The position numbers and the translations under genes are program-made. A DNA stretch of 64,000 nt from Eledone cirrhosa. Taxonomy: Eukaryota. Numbering within the stretch: the stretch's first letter is position 1; each line of letters begins with the position of its first letter. The stretch is from assembly GCA_964016885.1 (NCBI GenBank), contig OZ024743.1:204600001-204664000 (forward strand), given 5' to 3'. Shown one piece after another: positions 54,157 through 64,000 of this stretch. The notes under the pieces were generated by a model that worked only from the letters and a program-made list of their open reading frames with translations, did no database searches and had not been told where the DNA came from.

Positions 54157-54299
54157 TACGGATGGAATTCAAAAGAAAACATTGACTACTTGCATAAAAG
54201 ATTTTACTGCGTGCAATGAAATTAAGGAATTCATGGAATTATACGGAATCAATCTCAATTTAATGGTTGCCACAGAGAAATTGTGTAAAAATAGGGATG
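54157..54299 (+). CDS. host gene exon 3, unit 3
   Basis: Same as unit 2 exon 3; splice sites intact. Confidence 0.65.
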
Positions 54300-56751
54300 G
54301 TAAGACCTTACTTTTCTTGTTTATGCTCTTGTTATTGTTGTTTTAATCAGCACATATCTACCATAGATAGTGTGACAGATGTTTTTTTCAAACCATCGCT
54401 GACCAAACACTTCACTTTCAAATGTACATTGAAGCTATTTGTATGTAAGTATGGTATGGCAGCAAATTATCACTGTTGTGAGTAGTCTTAACATTGTAGA
54501 ACATGCTGAATAACTGTGTGCTTTGCTATTTCGTGGTTAACTGAACTTACTGGTATGAATAGAGGAAATGCACATAGACTCCACCAGTCTCTACGTGGCC
54601 TAGATTCATTATGGATGTGAGATAGGGGAGAGAAATCTTCAGTGGAGCTTCTATAAATAAGCCAGATTGTTTTGGTAAATAAATAATAATAATATCTAGA
54701 CCACCTATGACCCGTTGGACCACGTTCTCTTCAAAATATTTAAAAAAATCATGTTCACTTAAAATTAATTTTTGAATAATTAAAATGTACACAGACATGT
54801 ATATAATGTGAAATGAAACTGGAAGGCCCATATATATACGTGTGTGTATGTATATATATAAATGTGTGTGTATACACATTGGCCTTGTGCCTAAATGAGA
54901 AACCATTATTATTATTGTTGTTGTTGTTATATCATTGTATGTTATCATTATTTCAATATATCATATCCTTATATCATTAAATTTATTATAGTGCTCTGAC
55001 AATTTTTTCTCACTCTCAGTAATGTCTTTTTGTCTACTCTGGTATAATTCTGTTGCTAGTTTCCTTATTTAATTTACAAGTTCTCCACCAGACGTTTCTG
55101 TCTTGTTAATCAGTTGATTAGTTTATCATTAGTTCATCTCATTGATTTCCTGATACCGCCATTGCTTTGTTGGTATATCTCATTACTGTTCTTCATGTTT
55201 GTATTGTTTGTAGTCCATCTTGAATTAGTATATATATCATTTCTCCAAAACTTAGAATTAAAATATTTACTTACATCTTTCTTCATTCTGAGCTCATATT
55301 TACCATATATACTCAAATATAAATTGAGGAATATGTATAAAAAAAAATCTGTGGTAAAATGGGAGGTTGGCTTATATACGCTATCTAAACAATGTGTTGA
55401 TTAGCTGCCTCAGTTTATAAGTAGGGTTTGGATTTTCACCTATTTCTCAGACATAAAATAAGGGGTCAGCATATATTTGAATTGGCTTATATTCGAGTAT
55501 ATACAGTAATTGCCTCCACACCCATCCACTCCTGAGTATTACTAGAATAAATACCTGTAATATCGACAGTCGATCAACAAGATCGCAAACCTTGTCAAAT
55601 CGGACTGAGAAAACAATGTTTCTATTGGTCTTTCCAATTGCTAATACTATTTACTGGTCACAAATCCAGGCAGAAGGAGCAGCATGAAATAAAGTATCTT
55701 GCTTAAATGTGCCTTCACCTGTAATATCCCAGAGTAAAATTAGTTGATTATACTCTTTCTCTAGTCAGAACGAATCAATATTTCCCATCTTAGATACAGT
55801 GTTTAATTGAGGCATGACTTTTTATATTTCTGTGCTGCAAATCATAATAGGTGTATATTTGGCTTTTAGTCCTCCTGAGTCAATAAAATATATTTACCAG
55901 TAAAATATTGAGCTCTATCTAATCACTTCTCTAATAGTGTGAAAAAATCAATGTTTTCTATGATACTTTATAGTTAAATATAAGTACAACTTTTTATATA
56001 TGCTGCTATCTTTCTACAGGTGTTTGTATGTTTCTACAGATATTGTTATGCTTCAACAGATGTGGCTCTTTCTACTTTCTATATATGTTGATCATGATGC
56101 ATTTTTACAGCTGTTCCTACCTTTCTCCTGGTGTAGGACAACAGTTGTATAAAAATGTGCAGGGCGATCAAAATTGATGGAAGTTACGGAGTGCTTAGAC
56201 CAAGAAAAACTTGGGACGAGTTGATAAAAACTGACCTTGCTCACTTACACCTCTCTAAGACAATATCACTGGATCGAGATCTTTGGCGCTATGCAGTTAT
56301 ACAGAAAACACCCCTTCCCTTGCATACAAACTTAAACCTACAGTCAGTAGGCACCTCTTAACCCAATATACACCCCAGGCCACATCCCCTACTCCATCCT
56401 CCTATTTCCATCCACTGTAAAGCGGTCGTGTAGGTGACACAACAAGAAGCACCCAGTCCACACTGTAAAGTGGTCATGTAGGAGACACGGTAAAAAGGAT
56501 GCCAGTCCATACTGTAAATGTGGTTGGTGTTAGGAAGGGCATCCAGCCATAGTAAACCTGCCAGCGACAGTTCTGTACCAGCGAGACACGGTCTCCTGAC
56601 CAATCTCGCCTCAAGTGGGACAAAACCGTCCAACCCATAGCATGGAAGAAGGATGTTAAATGATGATGATGATGATAATGTATGTGTGTGTGCGTGTATA
56701 TATATATATATATATATGTGGGTGTCTGTGATCTATGTACACTGGTCATAG

Positions 56752-56804
<53 letters not shown>

Positions 56805-56805
<1 letters not shown>

Positions 56806-59800
56806 TATAAGATCAAAAGATGGTTAAAGGAGTTCCATGTATTTTATTATGCGCATATCAAAAACAAACATCATCATGCAATAATATTTGTGTTTTCATC
56901 AGATAAAACAGGAGAACATGATATGAAGGCTAAAAAACACTTGTGGATAGTGCAGTTTTAAATCAACATATGAAAAGTGGTTTTAGATTGATGTGTGATA
57001 TTGGGAAAAATATTTTATTTAGAGAGGGGGGGGTGGAAAGGATGAAAAAGGGGAGGAGATGAGAGGGAGAGATGGGTGATAGAGAGAAAGAGATAGTTTT
57101 TATAACTGAGAGGAGATATATTGTTTTACATAGAGAGGTTGAAAACCTTTGGAAGATAATGTATAAATTAAAAAAATTTGAAAATTAACGAAGGGAGGAT
57201 ATGTGCGAGGAAAAATATTTTATTTAGGGAGGGGGGGGGGAGGATGAAAAAAGAGGGAGGAGATGAGAGTGAAGGTGGAGAGGGAGAGATGGGTGATAGA
57301 GAGAAAGAGATAGTTTTTATAACTGAGAAAAAGATATATAGTTTTACATAGAGAGGTTGAGAACCGTTGGAAGATAATGTATAAATTAAAGGAATTTGAA
57401 AATTAACGAAGGGAATTTATGTATGAAGATAGAGAGAAAAAATAATAATTGTGGATGAATATTCTAACGTCAAAAAAAGTGTATGTTGATAAGTATTGTG
57501 GCAATTTCAAAATTAACGAAGAGAAAAATTATTAAGGTTTGTGTGTAGAAGGATTTGAGAAAAATAATGTGAAGTTAAAGTTTGTATATTGAAGGAATTG
57601 ATAATATATGCGAATAAAGAGTTAATATGTATTAAGAATGAGTTCGTTGATGGGGAGAAAAAAATAATAAATTAAGGATGAAATTGAGATTAAAAAGATT
57701 TATGATAGAGAGAAAAAATAATAATAATTGCGGATGAATATTCTAACGTCAAAAAAACAAATGTATATGTTATGAAGGATTTTACAAGGTGAAGATAGAA
57801 TGAGGGTAATGAGTAAACAAGTATTATAGAGTGTATAATGCCCTTTAAAGTAAGGTAGGAAGATGGGTATATTTTAAAGAGGTGTATGTATATGTGCCTT
57901 TGAGAAAAGATTCTAAATTGATAAAGAATTGAATATTAACTGTATACTTTGTGAAAAGTCCCATGGAATTTATGCAGGCAGATAGAAAACAAATCTGTAC
58001 GTCTATTTATTATAGAATCTAGGTTAGAGATAATGGTAAATTTTTCATTTAGGCAGAGATTACAGATTTTAGATAGAGAGCTGTTCAAGTATGAGGATGC
58101 AGAAGAAACCTTCTTCCAAAAGATGGTATAATTAATGTTTTTGTCTTTTAAGGACCATATGAGTTCTGAGAGAGCAGTGTTGGTTCTTTTAAGTTTGTAT
58201 TTGAAAGATGAATGATGATTATAGAGACGAGCTTTAAAAGAGGTGGAAGTGGAGCCAAAATAGGTGAAGGAATTGGTGCTAGTTATAATTTTACATTCAT
58301 AAATTAAGTTTTTATCGAGACAATGGTTGTTGAGAGGACATTTATTTTTAATGCGGCAGTTGCAATTAGAGAGATTATTAATGAGTGACCTAATGTTATC
58401 TATAGAAGGAATTGGATTGGAGAAGTTGTTTGCGATAGGAATAATAGGAATAATAGTTTCTTGATTTAGAGTTGGATTATGAACATTTAGCGAAGTTGTG
58501 TTTGACGTTGTATTTGGGTTTACAGAAGTTAGCCTAGGGTTTACAATGACGTCGGGAGTACTATTACTGTTATTATAAAATTCAATGTTGGAAGGAAGAG
58601 ATTTAGTATTTAGTATTTTATTGTTGTGTTTAGAGATGATGTTGGAAATATTGGAGGATGTAGAATAAGAAAATTTGATGGTGTGTTTGTTAAATATTTT
58701 ACTATAGATATGTGAGGGGGGGAAGCATTTATTTAAGGCACTAAAAAATAATTTAGGAATATTGTTATTAATAGAGATGGAGAAAGGAGCATTATACCAG
58801 ATTATGTTTTTGTATCTAGGTCTTTTATTAAAATTATTGGAATGATCATGATTAATTATTCTACTGTAAGTTTTTCTAGAATTTGTTTCTTTACTATATT
58901 TGATTTTATCTGGATAGCCGGCTTTAGAAAGTGCGTTATTATAGTAATTGGCGTTAGCATCAAAGATGTTTTTATTAGAGGATATGTTAGATATTCTTTT
59001 TCCAATATTACTAACTATAGCATTCTTGATATTGGTAGGATGGTTAGATTTAAAGTTAACATAATTTAGGTTCTCATTGTTTTTATGGTAAGGGTAATAT
59101 AGGCCAGTGTCAAGATTAAGAGATACATCCAAGAAATTAGCTAGTTTGATACTATTATCAAATTCAATTTTTAGGTTATGTTGGTTAAAGAGATTACGTA
59201 TATTGTTCTTAATAATATTAAGGTTAACTATATTGCAATTTAGGATAGTAAAGAGTCCATCGTCACGATAAATTCCACCGCGAAGTTGAGGAATTTTCCG
59301 ACTCAAAGAGTTCAAAATGAAGATACCAATTAAATCAGTCAATTGGGATGAATCGGATGCTCCCATTGTGATGTCGAAGTTGTTAGAGGTATCGGCTCTG
59401 GTCCAATATTCGTTGTTGAACTCTAGGATGGTTTTACGTGCGGTGAGGATGATGTGAAGTTCATCTGTGGTGATGTCAGAATATTTAAGTGCGAAAGATA
59501 GAGCATTATTGAGAAGTGAAGGCGAAATGGAGGAATAGTAGCTGGCAATATCAAATTGAATAAATTTTAGTTTGTTTTTATTATCCAATTTGTTGAACCA
59601 GCCAATCACCTCAGAAGTACCAAACCATAAATTTAGGTTCAAAGAAGAGCAATTAGAACTAACCTGTGGGATAATTCTATCCAAGATGGCTTTACTAACA
59701 ACCCCCAGATCAGATTTAGAGGGGGCGATTAATCTAACAGGTAGTTCAGTGCGAAAATTGTTTTTGTGATCCTTGAGATTTATCCTCGGAGTTCTTGGGA

Positions 59801-60169
59801 GGAATGGTTCGGTCTTTTTTTCAATGCCAAGTTTTGACATAATCTCAGAGGCTTCAAGGTTTATGTATTCTAAATTTTCATGGTTGGTTTTACGATACTT
59901 TTTCCTAAGTTCCTTTAGGATAAGGTTGTTATAATTATCCTTGGAAATACCATATAAGTTATTGGTTTTGTCAGAGTGGACTAAAACATTTTTTGAGGAA
60001 TTTAGGTTAGAGATTGTATTCTTGAGATTTACAAGGTGCTCTTGTCCTTTGTAAGGGTATCTCTTGAATTTAAGATTTTTTATTATTTTAGTTAATTCTT
60101 CCTCGAATTGTACTATGCGCATAATAAAATACATGGAACTCCTTTAACCATCTTTTGATCTTATATTAT
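56805..60169 (-). mobile_element. PLE-B copy 3 (uninterrupted ORF)
   Basis: TIRs atataagatcaaaagatggttaaaggagttccatgtattttattatgcgcata at both ends in inverted orientation. Confidence 0.92.
57936..60134 (-). CDS. PLE-B RT + GIY-YIG endonuclease, 732 aa (Hydra-clade-like)
   Basis: YRDDGL RT core; CNCRIKNKCPLNNHC (CxCx5Cx5C) linker; LIY...YFG...FKARLYNH; CNLCLNEK; C-terminal RRTD...CLH. Confidence 0.92.
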   Translation of the reverse strand: MYFIMRIVQFEEELTKIIKNLKFKRYPYKGQEHLVNLKNTISNLNSSKNVLVHSDKTNNLYGISKDNYNNLILKELRKKYRKTNHENLEYINLEASEIMSKLGIEKKTEPFLPRTPRINLKDHKNNFRTELPVRLIAPSKSDLGVVSKAILDRIIPQVSSNCSSLNLNLWFGTSEVIGWFNKLDNKNKLKFIQFDIASYYSSISPSLLNNALSFALKYSDITTDELHIILTARKTILEFNNEYWTRADTSNNFDITMGASDSSQLTDLIGIFILNSLSRKIPQLRGGIYRDDGLFTILNCNIVNLNIIKNNIRNLFNQHNLKIEFDNSIKLANFLDVSLNLDTGLYYPYHKNNENLNYVNFKSNHPTNIKNAIVSNIGKRISNISSNKNIFDANANYYNNALSKAGYPDKIKYSKETNSRKTYSRIINHDHSNNFNKRPRYKNIIWYNAPFSISINNNIPKLFFSALNKCFPPSHIYSKIFNKHTIKFSYSTSSNISNIISKHNNKILNTKSLPSNIEFYNNSNSTPDVIVNPRLTSVNPNTTSNTTSLNVHNPTLNQETIIPIIPIANNFSNPIPSIDNIRSLINNLSNCNCRIKNKCPLNNHCLDKNLIYECKIITSTNSFTYFGSTSTSFKARLYNHHSSFKYKLKRTNTALSELIWSLKDKNINYTIFWKKVSSASSYLNSSLSKICNLCLNEKFTIISNLDSIINRRTDLFSICLHKFHGTFHKVYS

Positions 60170-63100
60170 GTATACTCCAGTCCTACAAACTGTAGAGTGC
60201 TTCTTATCCGATATCTGCATTGCTTTATTGTACTACAATAAAACTCACCTCCTACATATATATATATATATAATAAGGGTTGACGGACCCAGCATATTTA
60301 TCAATGCCAGTACCGGTTGTATCTCAGCGCACTCAATGGGCAATGCAAGATACATTACCAGAGTATACACATAGTTATTTGCCTCAACACAACACACGTA
60401 AAACGGGTGCCTATAAGGTTCCCGGACTCGAGTTCTGCAGCATTAACGCAGCAGTAAGGTGCACTGCACCATCTGTCTGCATATATTATGCAACAATACG
60501 CAATCGGCTTATGCGGCTTCATCAGCGGGTATCGCCTAATCAATAAACAAACGATCAACAAAATCCAAACACCGGCCCGTGCCGGTCATGACTGTTTGTG
60601 ACAACCGACATGGTAAAGCGATTAACTGGCAACTGATAGGACTCTATCTCTCAACTAGCCACTGATCTACAAATTTTACGTGGGGACGGGAAGCTAAAAA
60701 GAATCAATCTATTAGTTCCTGTCAGAAGCCCTCAGCCAACGTGTCTCACACACAAATTATCAAGGGGTGAAAAGATGGCTATTAGAAATAGCAGTTCACA
60801 TTGATATAAAATAGAATGGTAGCATTCGATTCATGTCTCCAAGCCCCATGGCTAGAGGAAAGCGATGGTAACAATGGTAGTGCCCAGAACCTTTAACGGA
60901 CATTAAATGCGATCATCCATTATATACCAATATAGTAGCGAGCTGAAATGTGTCAGCCACGTGCGTAGATAACCAGTCTAATTCACAACTTAAAAGACAA
61001 AATTAGTAGCAGGAAAAAGAGTGCATATCAAAAGAAAAACACAATAAGAAGTGAAAAATTGTTTAACTTATATATATATATATAGAGAGAGAGAGAGGGA
61101 GATATATACAACAACACTACAGCTCTCTCTTTCTCTTCCATTCTCCTTCCCTGTCTCCTCTCCCTCTCGCTATGTCTCTCTTTCAATTTACTCTCTCACA
61201 ACTACTATCTCTTTCTCTCTCTCTCTCTCTGTTTCTGAAGGTACCCGGAAAAATCCCATATCTTAGGAACTTGTCCTCCGATTTACGCGAAATTTGATTT
61301 ATTTCATTTGTATTCCCATTTGAGGGTCAACTTCCTTTCAAAGTATTTTCCCATTATGCACCCTTTTTGCTGTATTACATTACAGACAAGCAAGCAAACA
61401 ATCACAGAGTTTTAGTAGTATATAAATAGATAGATGATTTAATTTATTTGCCACTCTGGCTTTCAATGAAGGATTCATTATAAACACAAGTTGCAACATG
61501 AAGATTGAGATTTACATGGAAACTATAAAAACAGGTTAAACATGTATACAAATTGTATACAACTTCATTATTTAGCATTCAAAATAGCTGTATTCAACCA
61601 GAATTCTCTCACTTCTTACTGTTCAAACTGGCTGTAACTGGGTGTAACCGGTTGCTAATATTTATATTGTTTTCAAAATAAATAATATCAAAATCTCATA
61701 GATTCGATATTATGTGAGATAATTAAGTGTCAGTTTTCACACTCGGAGAGAGGGAAAAAAATAAAAATGGTCAAAAATACACTAAATGTTTTACATATAT
61801 AATCATAAATTTCTAAATAAAATAATCCAAAGTACAATATAAAAGCAGTTGTACATAAGATAAAACAATCGCATGTTTTTTATTTAGCTGATGTACCTGA
61901 ATGTTAATTTATTTCGAACTTTAAATTCATTACTGATTAAATTTCATGAATGCTTTCTTTCAATTTGAATTTCAATTAATATTTCTTTACTTCATAATTC
62001 AGGTATTTGAGACTTTCATGTAAATTTCACATTTAATGGTTAAATAGTCATTTAATCATGGAACGGTTTAATCAAAAGCACTACCATATAAATGGCATAT
62101 GCACATCATAAACACGTGACTTATGAAGTATCATAATAAAATAAAAGGAGGAGTGCGGGACTGCATCATGAATATATGTTTTTATCCTGTTAGTAAAATA
62201 ACTTAGATTAATTTGATTAAATAATGGATGAATATTACATAATTTTTGTACTAAATTTCGTAGCTGTTAATTAAACATAAATTTTCTTATATATAATGAT
62301 TGTTTATTCTAAGATTCACTTCTTTTAAAATTTTCAAATGTCTACACTTCTGCTTAGCATCTGTTATGTCATAACACTTATTAGATCGCTTATGTAAACG
62401 TTCATATATTTGCATTGTTATATAAGTTTTATATTTCTGGCACTAATTTTCTCCTTTTTGTTTTCATAAAATTTCACCGTAATGCAATTTATATATAATA
62501 TCGTCTTTATTAAATGTATCATGGATTACTTTACTGATTACAGAAGAGAGTGTAACACAGTCTCTATTCAATTTCTGTTTTATTTGAAGTATCATATCTA
62601 CATGCATGTATATTCGCATATGCATACTACACATGCTAGCAGAAAACCACCTGAAGGGTCGTTTTTCTGCTAGTAAGTATAATGGTCAAGTTTTAAGATT
62701 AAAATTCCAGCAAGAATACATGAGCTGCTGGTGAAGAAAAAAATAACTGCATAAAATGTATTAAATACACATGCCTGCAATCAAAGGTGCAGTAAAGTAA
62801 AGCCACATGTGACTCTGTGTATACCTGCATTCATGTCTGTCTTTTTGTGTTGTTCATGTCACATATGTATTGGAAATTTCTTACCAGATGGCTCTAATCT
62901 ATCTGAGCCATATTTTATTAACTCTGGTTTGTCATACAATTCAGTTATATATCTCTGAATAGTCTTTCTATACACAAAAGATTTAATTCATGTTAACCCT
63001 GTCCATATAAATGATAATACACAAGGATTTTAATTAAACAAACACTATTTGAAAATGTCATCCACTAGAAATGTGGCACTAGTCTCAATATATTTAATAC

Positions 63101-63523
63101 CTATTAACTCTTTATACCAAAACAAAACAAGAATGCACTTTACTTATTAATAAAAAAAAACTTACAGATTCTTCTCCAACTGACTGGCAGATGCTGAATC
63201 TACAAATACTATTCTGCATCATCTCTGCCTCTTCTACTTTTATAACAACAATTGCTGAGCCCTTGAAATTGAAAAACTTGAGCTATATTTGCAAAGCATC
63301 ATTGCCCACTCATATCTGTCAACCTCTAAAAATCCAAACGGGGAGTACCATGAAAAAAAATAATGAAAGCTATACCCATTTTCGCAAGAGAAGAGATCTC
63401 TCACCTACCCTAAAGTGGGTGGGAGATATCCCCATCGGACTGGGAGAGTTGACACACACACACGATTTCAAGAAACTTATTAAAATATTAATGTTGATCA
63501 CATTTTTCTTATTTCTATTTCAG

Positions 63524-63671
63524 TTATGATTCAAGGAACACCTTGTTTAATAAACAACACAAAGAATATTGAACATATAATGATGGTATATAGCAACAAA
63601 TCAATGCCCTTAATGAAGCAAGTGCAAATGAAAGAGATCTCAAAACCGCAATACTACGAAAAATATTGTCC
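63524..63671 (+). CDS. host gene exon 4, unit 3
   Basis: Splice sites intact; A>P, A>T, P>H, L>Q vs unit 1. Confidence 0.65.
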
Positions 63672-64000
63672 GTATGTAGAGAAAAGTTATTTCTAAATAA
63701 TTCTTGATTCAGATATGCTGTAGAATTTTACAGTAATTAGGCACAAACCAGAATATTCTGCATTTGGATATCAACAGGGTTGACTCTCATCTCTCTAATT
63801 GATATAATATATAACAGCAATATACAATAATATGTACACCCTCCTCTTCAAATGTTTGACATGAAATTCACAGTGATATATATACATCAGGTTGTAGATA
63901 GATGTGTGTACCAGTTGTAGCAGTGGGTTCATTATAATCATCATCATTTTACGTCCGCTTTTCCCTGCTTACAAGGGTGGGTCATGTCCTCTTCAGCACA

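Overview
AT-rich, microsatellite-laden animal genomic DNA. The tRNA-SINE, RTE-type tails and (TA)n/(CA)n load look like an octopus or other coleoid cephalopod (inference). Three layers are visible. (1) A host gene missed by the ORF track: five phase-compatible GT-AG exons (4790-4829, 5464-5599, 8809-8951, 18226-18373, 19424-19607) splice to a 216-aa protein with a signal peptide, 10 Cys and a GPI-anchor-like hydrophobic tail. (2) A tandem segmental array (units ~5190-21313, 21314-44028, 44029->64000; period ~22.6-22.8 kb) whose breakpoint lies in intron 1. Units 2 and 3 are therefore open exon 2-5 cassettes without exon 1, and the coding differences I found are all nonsynonymous. (3) Penelope-like retroelements (PLEs) inserted in (TA)n tracts. 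These include a ~6.9-kb almost spacer-less head-to-head palindrome of a Neptune-like RT+GIY-YIG element (units 2 and 3; empty site in unit 1), a Hydra-clade-like element with 53-bp terminal inverted repeats (one intact 732-aa copy, two frameshifted), several minimal hammerhead-ribozyme motifs including core variants, and a series of short fold-back elements. Degenerate RTE, SINE, Helitron and hAT fragments fill the rest. All alignments, folds and splices were done by eye.
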